Shown here one piece after another: positions 39,701 through 47,966 of a stretch of DNA of 64,000 bases. This stretch comes from a virus. The notes under the pieces are model-generated. The model worked only from the letters and a program-made list of their open reading frames with translations, searched no databases and was not told where the DNA came from. Every line of letters begins with the position of its first letter. The first letter of the stretch is position 1. The position numbers and the translations under genes were made by a program. The stretch lies in the IMG/VR virus record IMGVR_UViG_3300029852_000171, positions 1,103 through 65,102 of that record; one strand, given 5' to 3'.

Positions 39701-40129
39701 CCCAAGCGCCTCCATCTGTACCTTGAACGCTGCAACCTTGCGTGCGGCTTCGTCTGCTGCGTCGCCTGCGTCCTTCAGTTTTGACTTGACTTCGCCGATG
39801 TTTTCGGCGGTAAGGGTGACACTTGTCCCCTTATCAAGGTTGATTGTGTTAATGACGGCGCTTAACTGTTTCCTGAAATCAGTAATGGCACCGGCACCGA
39901 TTTTAATCTTCGACAAATTGACATAGAATTTGCCGCTGTTGCTAATGGCATCCAGTTCCTTACGCAGCTGCTCGCCAAATGTTTTGGTGTCAACTGTCAC
40001 GGTAGCCTTGATGTTCTTCATGATTTCAGCAAGCTCTTTGCGAATCAGAGCTTCACTGTCACCGTCTGCACCACCGCGAGCGACGCCGATTAGTAACCGT
40101 ACATCTGCATCCATTGCCATCGTCATCAC
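33707..40129 (-). CDS. Tape measure protein
   Basis: 2140 aa helical protein; LDAAMTELKKVTD TP901-type core; C-terminal KYHDGG...LQKGEVVL. Confidence 0.9.
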   Translation of the reverse strand: MMTMAMDADVRLLIGVARGGADGDSEALIRKELAEIMKNIKATVTVDTKTFGEQLRKELDAISNSGKFYVNLSKIKIGAGAITDFRKQLSAVINTINLDKGTSVTLTAENIGEVKSKLKDAGDAADEAARKVAAFKVQMEALGHQKTVIQRSLNGLVDSGVSESESQRVASLVEQYRLWAMSVETVRASKEATSDEYRLSLEAEGAAILENINRIYAERQAAEEAAAAEAAAARSAEAANKEKMATINEVISAYKKVSTYIDKNPRIDGTELEQLKLMREQLLGVWNDSKNAADGMTSMSKTDLRKLLSDFAALDTSITESGKKGNTLVGIISSAYKKFGGWMLVTRSLMVMVNNFKQMVTNVRALDAAMTELKKVTDETRATYTRFFNEAAVRAKSLGATLTDTITATADFARLGYSISEAAELADAALVYKNVGDGINDISEASESVISTMKAFGIEAANVMTIVDRFNEVGNRFAISSKGVGDALVRSASALAAAGNSLDESIALVTAANNVVQDPEKVGTTMKTVSMYLRAAKTEAEEAGESTEGMAESVSKLRKEILALTSGRVDIQLDENTFKSTYQILKELSKVWGDLTDITKANIMEMIGGKRNSNVVASLLNNFADAEAVLEVAMNSAGSALNENEKYLDSINGKVAQFQAAFEKLSASFVNSGLVKGVVDGGTAILETLTAIIDKLGSFPALISTITAAVTAYSGAKGKNLGIFDVVDGKVGLSGGITDWSAASKNIAEYNKVLGSSIQTQQIFIKYLDGTDDALSGYLKSLKGGKASMSGYKAYCKQAGIETKAFGASSKAAAIGVTALNTAINMLISLGIGLVIQGIITGITHLINASDEAIEKANELTNAFNEFRQTNSDNIDKLQSLKEEFETLSHGVSRYGENISLTADEYDRYKQIVQTIVDISPALSEGYSIENGYLADKNELIERAIELQEQQYKSELRQMTTTEKLSEVIKGYAASYDKLKNSDILTTDTDLSNNMWGMFRVNDRDVTPEFAGNSGDNKSRYLSEQIMKALGVTDIGKELEKYTNEYGYYQWGDFWDDYADQVSHNIGKIAASIDYTEVGFESLSDFEAAVEKTKNAAVRYGEARDGLEKANQDVADQLKLVAQNNAAYDDLSTEAQNIVSNFIDRFGVDDVTKKNFWGKIVPDEDAITDIKVQINDFIDKLSPEVQNAMTGLFDLKGLFDAGDINVDEFQETVNAIISDLEAAGFDDDTIKYLKLSLETDTVERQLAAVKEAIGGVGGKYDALLGEMSAQELEIAYNIISEEGSMTFEELQEKIEWLKYANADMVNTLDFSDMISGLDSAKDGLDSIISAMDRLNSGTAMTKQQLANLALQYPKLLEQADLFVDGSIDGQRQLLNSVLEMNEAEYDAQLDTKIAELKATEQVINDQLAMETEKANIIADIKNMTVNGQVQQEEALIAKMNELNDLQGRNYVAMENGMLTVNEEALNNKLGKENEYGQQATENIWKPYANTIKSAHTQGFSKSLEATNSYGNSLFAKIRNIASSVWGALSQAVKDATTGNWQGISHYFQSAVSGAAGNTSIDAGDVIVTFDGAAAYVGTETLDNWISQQEQASAQRIAALEDFKQRTVNAYKNLEALRGLDLTSIYGSAGSSYGSRSDSSSGGSSDGDSDTKDKIKTVEEYIADIDAYYEAEKRLQAAQERANSLAKKLKYAEDPAEKIKLSSDLIDAYKEEMAAEKDLMELKKSTIASNVGALRALGFEVEYNSETNELYIKNLEHLNELTASSAGKYDTLQEATNALRKETEGLIDVTEKLNDDNIDAASSIEDLGYQVQETKNNIIDYIEEVYKKQIDAYQKIINLRKEMIESAKDEFDYEADIADKVKEIADLQARIDQLALDDSRSAQAERNTLMQELEEKQKDLADTQRDHSVEAQTNALDKMGEDYESDKEAELELLRSTVNSSEELWTAFYQTLLGQSVSVGASIDAEISSAWIRAAEAVRQYSDAVSGVSGVGTVVSNVPKYHDGGVVDEANLSKDEALAILQKGEVVLNEAKQKSLYRIIDFQAELSKRLGVVIGALPTISAPSSGIRDTMSGLTQDIIGSAAQSLVFEPHFEVNITHSGEMADTDAKAYGERIADVAIDKLYSAFERRGINSTRGSRLKP

Positions 40130-40177
40130 CGTCCTTTACGAAGAAAAGGCTTGGCACAAAGCCAAGCCTTTCAAAAT

Positions 40178-40771
40178 TTATTGTTCATATATCTCTGCGG
40201 CAACCGCAGTTACATTGTAGTCAGAACCATAGTTCCCGTTGAAATCACTGATTGCCTGCTGGATAAACTTGAGCGCCTCACGCTCTTTTTTGCTGCGCAC
40301 CCATGCAAAGTCTTCGTTGTGCAGCGAACGGCCAATCGCCTCTCCAGATGGTGAGTGACCATCCCACCAACCATATACATAGTTGGATGCGTGGTATCCG
40401 TTATTAAACAAAGCCACAATGTTGTCGATTCCGCCATAACTCGTAGCGTCGTTCTCAAGAGAATCACGATGTAGGTCGCCGCCAAAATATAAAGGAACCT
40501 CGAAGCCGTCTCCAATACGAATGATGCTTCCACTGTCCATCTCGTCAATGTGCTTCATCACAGATTCAGGCAGGTCATAGCTTTTAGCCGTCATCTGAAG
40601 AACCTGTATAAACTTTGCGGCAGCTTCCCAGCCACGCTTTTCAGGAACGATAGAATCTCCGGCGGCAGTTTTTTCTACGCCGTCTCTGGTGTATTCCGCC
40701 ATCTTTTCCTGTAAGCGGGCTTGCCCCTGCGGAGACCTAATCCATGCGTTTAGCTTGCTTGACAAGCTCAT
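40178..40771 (-). CDS. Hypothetical tail-module protein
   Basis: ATGA-coupled to the upstream gene; directly upstream of the TMP. Confidence 0.6.
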   Translation of the reverse strand: MSLSSKLNAWIRSPQGQARLQEKMAEYTRDGVEKTAAGDSIVPEKRGWEAAAKFIQVLQMTAKSYDLPESVMKHIDEMDSGSIIRIGDGFEVPLYFGGDLHRDSLENDATSYGGIDNIVALFNNGYHASNYVYGWWDGHSPSGEAIGRSLHNEDFAWVRSKKEREALKFIQQAISDFNGNYGSDYNVTAVAAEIYEQ

Positions 40772-41355
40772 TCTTTATAATCCTCTCTTTGTTCAAGAAA
40801 GGCCTGTACAAGCTTCTGCTCATCTACGCCGCCCTTATCAATAGCGCCAATCAGCTTCGCAACATCGCTGCCGTTTACCCCGGCAAACATCTCTGAAGTC
40901 TTTTTGGAAACATCCTCAAAGGATGCCGCAAGCTGCTGAATCTGCTTCTCAATCGCCATGATATTGGTGTTGCAGATGTAGTCGATTTTCTCATCAATCG
41001 CCCGAAGGATTTCATCAAACTGGGCGGAACTGATATGCTTGCTCACCATTGCCACAGCGTCCGTGTTGTAAATAAGCGTGTATCGATGCTCCAGATTCTC
41101 AGGGAGCGTGAAGTTTGCATATCGAGTCAAGAGGTTACTTTTAATCAGCAGGTCTTTGACCTCCGGCATATACCCCTCATCATGAAAACAACTGGACACA
41201 ACATTGTCCACAAATGCCAGCATCTGTGCAATCGAAATCGTATGCTTGATAACGACCTCGTTACCAAACCAGTGTTCTGTAGTATTCGGAACAGCCTGCT
41301 CCTTCAACACCTTATCAAAAGATGCAATCGAAATCTTCTTCTCTTTATCAGCCAT
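40768..41355 (-). CDS. Putative tail assembly chaperone
   Basis: AGGAGG RBS before MADKEKK; position between tail tube and TMP. Confidence 0.45.
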   Translation of the reverse strand: MADKEKKISIASFDKVLKEQAVPNTTEHWFGNEVVIKHTISIAQMLAFVDNVVSSCFHDEGYMPEVKDLLIKSNLLTRYANFTLPENLEHRYTLIYNTDAVAMVSKHISSAQFDEILRAIDEKIDYICNTNIMAIEKQIQQLAASFEDVSKKTSEMFAGVNGSDVAKLIGAIDKGGVDEQKLVQAFLEQREDYKE

Positions 41356-41803
41356 TGTCTGCGTCCTCCTTTTTGTTCTTATTGCGCTTTTGTTCTTTGC
41401 GCAAAGTCTGTACGGTCTCATAGTCCAGCCAGCCGCCCCATTTTTTTACATAGGTAATCCATCGATAGCGCACATCTGGATAATTGTGCCAGAACATTTT
41501 TCGTTTGATTTTAGCAACGCTGTCCGGACAGCCCTTGGTATCAATCACCTCTGTATGTCCGTCGGCATACTCTATGTAGAAATCTGCCACATAGGTAATC
41601 GGTAACACCGTCTTTCCATCGTGTGTGAACTTTGGTTGCAGTTCATATTTTTTCTGTAGTTCAAAATGAACCACATCACCGCTTTCCACTCTGGGACAAA
41701 GCACATCACGAAAATATTTCATCTCAAGCTGACTGTCGAACACAATTCCTGCGAATGTTCGTTTGTCTTTGTCTTTGTCAACATTGAATTTTGTTCTCGC
41801 CAT
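41348..41803 (-). CDS. DUF1064-family PD-(D/E)xK nuclease
   Basis: GIVFDS..E, YELQP, YVADF, VIDTKG. Confidence 0.8.
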   Translation of the reverse strand: MARTKFNVDKDKDKRTFAGIVFDSQLEMKYFRDVLCPRVESGDVVHFELQKKYELQPKFTHDGKTVLPITYVADFYIEYADGHTEVIDTKGCPDSVAKIKRKMFWHNYPDVRYRWITYVKKWGGWLDYETVQTLRKEQKRNKNKKEDADNG

Positions 41804-41854
41804 ATCTCTCCTAATAGAAAAAGGGAGGGCGGATTACTCCACCCTCCCGGTTAC

Positions 41855-42121
41855 TTATTCCTCTTCCACAGGTTTCTCGCCGATAGGCTCAGCATTAACA
41901 ACCACCTGTTCAATGACAGGCTCTGCGCACTTCTTGCGCTTGGTCTTCTTCTGCGGATTAACAATCCCACGAGATTCGTTAATCTTTTGCAGATAGATTG
42001 CACCGCACTCAGGCGAACAAGCTACTTCCTGCCAGCGAAATACACCTGCGGCTCGATTGGCACTACGGCAGGCTTCATATTCCTTACCGCATACCCGGCA
42101 TTTCTTGACCGCAGAAGCCAT
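41855..42121 (-). CDS. Small Cys-rich phage protein
   Basis: CRVCGKEYEAC...ACSPEC. Confidence 0.65.
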   Translation of the reverse strand: MASAVKKCRVCGKEYEACRSANRAAGVFRWQEVACSPECGAIYLQKINESRGIVNPQKKTKRKKCAEPVIEQVVVNAEPIGEKPVEEE

Positions 42122-42138
42122 CTGTGTCACCAACTTTC

Positions 42139-42933
42139 TTAGGCAACATCCTCAGCGTTTGCACCGAAGATGGTATAAGTCCACAGGGCGCCGCTGGTGC
42201 CGCAGGCGCCAGACAGAGATTCTGCCTCAAAAGCATGAACAGTCTGGTTATCGCCCATCTCGAAGCTGAACTCGCCGTTGAAGTCAGCCTTGGGGATATA
42301 GAACTGAATACGGAACACATTGGCGCACTTATCCTCGGCGAAAGCGTCAATGTACAGAGCACACTTGCCAGAGTAGTGGTCGCTCAGGTTCTCCAGAACA
42401 TCAGCCTGAATCTGACGCATATAGAACACGACAATTTCAGTGCCATCGGCAATCTCGCCCTCGTTGAAGGCAAGCGCCTTGCTGGTGGGATTGTAGGTGA
42501 ACACGCCCTCGGCAACTTCGGCGCCCTGAGTCAGCGTCTTGCCAAGAGTGCCGTTGGCGTTCTTGACATAAACAGACTCAATCTCGTTGCCGGTCGTACC
42601 GACGGCCTTGTACTGTGTGGCAGCCGCATTACCGGTAACGGTAAGATAATCCGTCCACTTCACAGTGGTCTTCTTATTCTCGAACTCGCTGCCAACCTGC
42701 AGTTCGAGCAGACCACCGGACACAAGACCATTGGTGCCGCTGACGGTAACAGCCTTGTTCTTCTTCAGAGAGTTCAGCTTGCGACCCTGCTTACCGGTAA
42801 TATCGGTCTTCTCCTGAGTCTGTGCAATGGTCGCATTCTGCAGCTCATCCAGAGTGAACTTGTAGGCGCCTGTCACGATATCAAAAGCATTGATGGTCTC
42901 AAGGCTGGTGATAGTGATATCATTGATATTCAT
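42139..42933 (-). CDS. Major tail tube protein
   Basis: Position in tail module, 264 aa beta-rich, strong RBS. Confidence 0.65.
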   Translation of the reverse strand: MNINDITITSLETINAFDIVTGAYKFTLDELQNATIAQTQEKTDITGKQGRKLNSLKKNKAVTVSGTNGLVSGGLLELQVGSEFENKKTTVKWTDYLTVTGNAAATQYKAVGTTGNEIESVYVKNANGTLGKTLTQGAEVAEGVFTYNPTSKALAFNEGEIADGTEIVVFYMRQIQADVLENLSDHYSGKCALYIDAFAEDKCANVFRIQFYIPKADFNGEFSFEMGDNQTVHAFEAESLSGACGTSGALWTYTIFGANAEDVA

Positions 42934-42946
42934 ATAGACATTCCTC

Positions 42947-43663
42947 CTATTTATGGGTTAGCCAATTCCAATCGTCTTGGCTTAGGTCTTTTGCGCTGAC
43001 TGTGCCAGCATAGATGCCGTGCATCTTGTTGTCATAGTCGATTTTCTTGATAATCTGTCGCACGCTTTCGTTGAACTGATAGATTGAAAGTTCTCGTGTC
43101 CCCTCAAATCCATAGTGGTACTGTTCTGTATTGACGAGCGCAACAATCAACTCCTCAAGTTGAGAAGCGTTTTCTCGGTTGCGCTGTCTGCGCATTTTTT
43201 TGCGTGCGCGTTCAATCATGTATTCTTTGGCTTCACCGTTAGCTGGTTTGCGATTATCCTTCTCAAGATGGTGAATTTTCCTGAGCGCACCGGCAATCTG
43301 TGCGTGAATGGCTCGGTCGATAACTACCCCTGAACTTTCATCGACCAACACGATGTTCCCGTTCTGCTCGTTTACGGCAGCTTGGAATCGTTTCAAATCA
43401 AGGTCTGCAAAAACAAGAGAGGTATCTTGTTCTTTCAGGGTGCCGACCAAAAGAAGGAAAAGGTCATATTCATCAATGGTGGTAAAGTCGATTCCGATAT
43501 CATCAAGCTGAACCATCATATCAATCGGCATAGCCGTCAGCATCGCCACAATGCTGTAGTACCCATCTTCACATTCCAGGATTTCTCCAACCGTTGGAAT
43601 CTTGATGTGAATAGCATCATTGATGTCGTACTCACGCCGATAAAGCATATTTCTTGTGCGCAT
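42947..43663 (-). CDS. Hypothetical phage tail-region protein
   Basis: IPTVGEI...LSIYQF motifs; synteny. Confidence 0.6.
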   Translation of the reverse strand: MRTRNMLYRREYDINDAIHIKIPTVGEILECEDGYYSIVAMLTAMPIDMMVQLDDIGIDFTTIDEYDLFLLLVGTLKEQDTSLVFADLDLKRFQAAVNEQNGNIVLVDESSGVVIDRAIHAQIAGALRKIHHLEKDNRKPANGEAKEYMIERARKKMRRQRNRENASQLEELIVALVNTEQYHYGFEGTRELSIYQFNESVRQIIKKIDYDNKMHGIYAGTVSAKDLSQDDWNWLTHK

Positions 43664-44173
43664 TTATCCGGTCTTCCTGTTGGATGGAACGGGCTTGCCC
43701 GTGGGCGATACCCGGTTGAAATCCTTTGCCTGGAATGTCATGACCTTTCCCTGATAATCCGTCACCGGAGCGAACCTTTTTACTGCGTATAAATCCATCT
43801 CACCAAGCCCGTAGTACCTGCTTCCGTTTACCGCTTTGGCAATTTCAGAACACAGCCTGTCCACTCTGACGCCACCCTTTGGCAGCTTCATCTTGCTTTT
43901 ATGGGTAAAGACCCAAACATACAGAACGGGAATTAAAAAGGTTTTATTCAGCGACTTTTGTACATCCACATCACAGCAGATAAAGGTCTGACCATGCTCA
44001 ATGGTGTCCGGTACATATTCAAAGGGAAATACCTGTGAATATACAAACCTCTCCGGTTGGTCGCTGTCCTTGTAGTTGTCGTCCAAAAGGCGAATGATTT
44101 CTGCATTTGTCAGCAGGTCATCCATCAGTTGGTTCTTATAGTCATAGAACTCTTCAAGCTGCATCAGAACCAC
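43664..44173 (-). CDS. Putative tail terminator/completion protein
   Basis: Synteny; VFPFEYVP...RVDRL motif. Confidence 0.5.
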   Translation of the reverse strand: MVLMQLEEFYDYKNQLMDDLLTNAEIIRLLDDNYKDSDQPERFVYSQVFPFEYVPDTIEHGQTFICCDVDVQKSLNKTFLIPVLYVWVFTHKSKMKLPKGGVRVDRLCSEIAKAVNGSRYYGLGEMDLYAVKRFAPVTDYQGKVMTFQAKDFNRVSPTGKPVPSNRKTG

Positions 44174-44943
44174 ACCTTCTTTCCGCCGGGAGTGTCACCG
44201 CCCGGTGTTTCTTCGCCATCTTTGCCGAGCTCATCAGGCGTACCTTCCTGCCCTTCTCTCGGGAAGTACTTGTAATAGTTGGCAATGTGCAGTTCAAAGT
44301 TATCGGTGTCCTCGGTATTACATTCTGTCAGAACATAATTCAGAACGCCGGTTCCATTGAAGCTTCCGCCAAGCTTAAACGGCTTTGTCAGACGATAGGC
44401 GAGAACATTATGAGAGTCATAGTCATCAATCAAGAATCTGCTTTCGCGGTTCAACTGAATGGAGTACTCATCCTTTGCAATCGTCATGGACACTCTGGAG
44501 TCACCACGAACGACAATATATTCGTTGTCGCCGTATTCACCGGTCAGGTATTTTGTTCCGTCTGTGATGATACACCATCGCTCAACAATCGTTCCATCAG
44601 CCGCTACCCAACGCAACAGATAATTACACCGCTGCATAGTGCCTTTGGCGTACAGTTCGCTGTTGGCATCCTTTTCTGTGATAAGCCAATAATTGTCCAT
44701 CCAATGTACAAGGCCGCCGTGCGGCAAATCTTCTCCCGGCATTGTACACAGTGTTTTCATATTCAGATTGTCCGAATTGATAACTGCTAACTCGCGTGGC
44801 TGCCCATCTATAGTCAGCTTGTGGTAGGACAGACTTGAAGGAAGCTTTGTGTTCAAAAATGCACACTCTCTACGCTTTACGGCGTCCCTTTTATTTGTGC
44901 CGTTTGCCGCCATTCTGGCCTGATAAGTACTCCAGGGATTCAT
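44164..44943 (-). CDS. Putative head-closure/neck protein
   Basis: AGGAGG RBS before MNPWST; CNYLLRW motif; synteny. Confidence 0.5.
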   Translation of the reverse strand: MNPWSTYQARMAANGTNKRDAVKRRECAFLNTKLPSSLSYHKLTIDGQPRELAVINSDNLNMKTLCTMPGEDLPHGGLVHWMDNYWLITEKDANSELYAKGTMQRCNYLLRWVAADGTIVERWCIITDGTKYLTGEYGDNEYIVVRGDSRVSMTIAKDEYSIQLNRESRFLIDDYDSHNVLAYRLTKPFKLGGSFNGTGVLNYVLTECNTEDTDNFELHIANYYKYFPREGQEGTPDELGKDGEETPGGDTPGGKKVWF

Positions 44944-45287
44944 TATGACACCTCCTGCTGTACGGCATACCTCGCTTTCAGCTTGTTGCAAATCGAAATG
45001 GCGCGAAACACCTCTCGCTTTACAACGCTTACTTCGCATTCGGGCGTATCAATCAGGTATTGCAAAATTGCAATCAATGACAGAAGAAGCGGGTCGTCGT
45101 GAATTGCTTCGATAAGCTCCTTACACCCAAGCAGTTCCGCCTGGAGACTTCTCATATAAACTTCCAATGAACTTTCTCCGCTTTCCTTAATAGGAAGAAT
45201 CTTGAAGAAAAGATTTACGAGGGCGCGGAAATAGTTATTCAGCATCGTGGCGTCCATCGGCACGCCCACCGTGGTCTGAATCATCAT
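44943..45287 (-). CDS. Hypothetical phage protein
   Basis: Coupled ORF in the neck module. Confidence 0.6.
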   Translation of the reverse strand: MMIQTTVGVPMDATMLNNYFRALVNLFFKILPIKESGESSLEVYMRSLQAELLGCKELIEAIHDDPLLLSLIAILQYLIDTPECEVSVVKREVFRAISICNKLKARYAVQQEVS

Positions 45288-45733
45288 ATATGCAAGTCCG
45301 TCAAATCCCCGTGGTTGTACGAATACTCCCTCATCATATTCGTAAAATCCTTTTGAGCTGCTTTGTATGCGTTTCCAATCCGCATCAGCAGTTCGGCGGG
45401 GGAATAGGTGGTAAAGTCTCTTGTGTTCAGGACGCTCTCAAGACTTTCCTGCCTGTATGTAAAAGGTTTCATCCACTGTACCAGCATACCCTCGGAAATA
45501 ATATCTGCCAGCTCATCCAAATCTCCGTCGGCAATATCGATATCAAACTCACGGATAACATCATCGCCGGTAGTCGAGAGGTCGTACTTGCAGATTTTTC
45601 TGAAAGCTGCAATGGCTCGCTTCATGTAACCGTCAATCAAAGAGTTACGCTCAAATACACGCATATTGACGAAATCAAATTCTGATACTTTAGAGAGGAA
45701 CGCACCTGTGAACACATCATAAGAAACACTCAT
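45284..45733 (-). CDS. Putative head-tail adaptor
   Basis: Synteny after capsid; DFTTYSPAELL motif. Confidence 0.5.
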   Translation of the reverse strand: MSVSYDVFTGAFLSKVSEFDFVNMRVFERNSLIDGYMKRAIAAFRKICKYDLSTTGDDVIREFDIDIADGDLDELADIISEGMLVQWMKPFTYRQESLESVLNTRDFTTYSPAELLMRIGNAYKAAQKDFTNMMREYSYNHGDLTDLHI

Positions 45734-45749
45734 TCACCGTCACGCTCCT

Positions 45750-46313
45750 TTATCGTTCCACCAGCTCAACACCAAGACATTTCTCCAATGTGTTAATCAC
45801 CCGGTTTGAATCGATTTCCTCCTCTGCGATAAGCTGCTTGGCGCGATACGCCACAGACTTCCGCTGTCCCTCCGAGAGCTTGGAAATAATATCCTCAATC
45901 TCGCCAACGGGTTTCTTGAACAACTGGTCGAAATCCTGAATGTTCAAAGAGTTCTTGTAATACTGTCTCATACCGAGATAGTCGATAACCCAGTCCTCAT
46001 CAAACATGAACCAGTTGTTGATGAAATATTTCTTGTTGGAGTTCCTTGCGTTTTTCAATTCGCTCAGCTCCATATCCTGCTCTGCTCCAAAAGACTCCCA
46101 GCTCCAACGCTCGCCGGTGCGCTTGCTCTTATAAACAAGCCGTCCCTGAAAGCCGTTGCGAACAGTGATAATCTGATTGGGGTCAATCTCCTTCGGAACC
46201 ACAGGCTTTTTTGTGGTTTCGGAGACTTCCGCAGCAGGCCGCTCTGCGGCGGTGCTTGTGCCCTCTGCCGGGCTGCGGCGTGTTCTGGGCTTGCTTACTG
46301 TTTCGTTAGACAT
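45750..46313 (-). CDS. Hypothetical phage protein after capsid gene
   Basis: 187-aa ORF with RBS. Confidence 0.6.
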   Translation of the reverse strand: MSNETVSKPRTRRSPAEGTSTAAERPAAEVSETTKKPVVPKEIDPNQIITVRNGFQGRLVYKSKRTGERWSWESFGAEQDMELSELKNARNSNKKYFINNWFMFDEDWVIDYLGMRQYYKNSLNIQDFDQLFKKPVGEIEDIISKLSEGQRKSVAYRAKQLIAEEEIDSNRVINTLEKCLGVELVER

Positions 46314-46336
46314 AACATCTCCCTTTCATACATAAT

Positions 46337-46359
46337 GCGGGGCTCGCAAGGAGCCCCGC
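46337..46359 (-). terminator. Hairpin after major capsid gene
   Basis: GCGGGGCTC/GAGCCCCGC stem. Confidence 0.6.
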
Positions 46360-46379
46360 TTTTGTCTGTTGTCTATCCG

Positions 46380-47393
46380 TTAGGCGATTTCGTAACGGCC
46401 AATACCGGCGTTGCCGCCAGCAAGGACGATGCCCATGCCGTACTTCTCGCCATACAGGTATTCCTGCGTCAGGTCACCGTTGGCGGTAGGCTCGCCCATG
46501 ATAACAATGGGGTCACCTTCGTACACGCACTTGATGGGCTTGTCGTCACCGGCGATAATGGTCAGCATATCGTCTGCCAGCACGAAGTCGGTAGAGCCGA
46601 CCTTATGACGCTGGGGAGCCACAACGACAGGAGTGCCATAGAACTTACCGGCGTAGCCCATGTTGTACAGGTCTTCCTTCGCTTTGTCACCCAGAGGAGT
46701 GACATCCAGATTGCGGATTGCCTTCTTGGTGCCGATAATAGTAGCAGCCTTGCCACCGGCAGCAGCCTCAACATGAGCAATCAGGTCGAGCAGTTCGTCC
46801 TCATCGTATGCACCAGCGGCGGGGAAGTAGGTCACGCCACCGAAGTCCTGTGCAGATGCATTGCTCCACAGAGCATACACATCGTTGAGCAACTTCTGAC
46901 GGAAGGACTCAGCTACCTTGTTGATAAAGTGGTTAAAGTCAACACGACCGGAAAGCACACGGTTGAGTTCTTCGTAAATCTTCACAACCTTCAGTGAAGT
47001 GGGAATAGACACTTCGCTGAAGCCGCCAAGACGCTGACGACGGATGCCCTGAGTGCCGTCCGCTGCCTCGGATACGATGAACAGGGTGCTGTCCTCCACT
47101 TCAAAGATGTTCTTGTCACCCTCAGCGACATTACGGAAATCAACCAGTGCGTTGAAATATTCATCGCCCTGCAGACCCTCAACAACGGTGCGGCTGAGGA
47201 CTTCCTCAATCAGGGTAAACAGACCACTGCACTTGCCGTCACGAATATTTTTGTAATTCAGAGTTGTGCTGCCGCCATTGGCCTCAATCAGAGCCTTCTG
47301 CAAAAGCTCCATAGACTGACCAACGGAATACTGCTCAACATTGCCGTGATAGGCATCGACGGCAATCTTGATGATATCTTTCATTTCAGCCAT
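46380..47393 (-). CDS. Major capsid protein
   Basis: 337 aa, strong RBS, follows protease/scaffold and decoration genes, precedes a terminator. Confidence 0.75.
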   Translation of the reverse strand: MAEMKDIIKIAVDAYHGNVEQYSVGQSMELLQKALIEANGGSTTLNYKNIRDGKCSGLFTLIEEVLSRTVVEGLQGDEYFNALVDFRNVAEGDKNIFEVEDSTLFIVSEAADGTQGIRRQRLGGFSEVSIPTSLKVVKIYEELNRVLSGRVDFNHFINKVAESFRQKLLNDVYALWSNASAQDFGGVTYFPAAGAYDEDELLDLIAHVEAAAGGKAATIIGTKKAIRNLDVTPLGDKAKEDLYNMGYAGKFYGTPVVVAPQRHKVGSTDFVLADDMLTIIAGDDKPIKCVYEGDPIVIMGEPTANGDLTQEYLYGEKYGMGIVLAGGNAGIGRYEIA

Positions 47394-47414
47394 AGTTGTT
47401 CTCCTCCCTTCAAA

Positions 47415-47942
47415 TTAACCGCCAACACTGGGGGTAGATGCCGCAGTGGTTTCAGTTTTGCCAATCTTAATGGCATAGTAGGTGTAACGACCGGCTACCT
47501 CGACATCCACGCAGGTGCCGAAACCAGTACCAGCAGCATCAATCTTGCCACCAGTACCAATGCCGACTTTGGCGCCCTTGGTGGGAGCAGTACCGCCCAC
47601 AAAACCCTCTTTAGTCACGGAGAAAATGTTGCGGCTGCGGGGGATATAACCACGCACTGCTTTACCGGCCTCGTTGATATACTCATCGAGATTCTTCTTG
47701 CGCTCATCGTACATAACCTCAACGCCAGCAACGATAGCGCACTCATTCAGGTCATCGCCCGCAGTAGCGGCGACAGCCTTCATCACCTCGCGCTCACCAT
47801 CTTCATATCCCTGAAGCTTGACGATAACGCCGTTTTCAACCTCGGCGGGCTGACCGTCCGCACCATAAAAGCGCAGAGAAACGAGGTCAGCAGGCTGTTT
47901 GGTACCGCTCATCAAATCGGTACGGATAACTGTATAAGCCAT
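47415..47942 (-). CDS. Capsid decoration/cement protein
   Basis: Synteny between scaffold and MCP; EVENG...EVMYDER...NEAG motif. Confidence 0.55.
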   Translation of the reverse strand: MAYTVIRTDLMSGTKQPADLVSLRFYGADGQPAEVENGVIVKLQGYEDGEREVMKAVAATAGDDLNECAIVAGVEVMYDERKKNLDEYINEAGKAVRGYIPRSRNIFSVTKEGFVGGTAPTKGAKVGIGTGGKIDAAGTGFGTCVDVEVAGRYTYYAIKIGKTETTAASTPSVGG

Positions 47943-47966
47943 AATCGACTCCTCCTTGTTGTTTAT

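Noticed and set aside
40178..41355. Programmed frameshift in tail chaperone genes
   Set aside because: The genes overlap by ordinary ATGA coupling with an RBS; no clear slippery heptamer seen.
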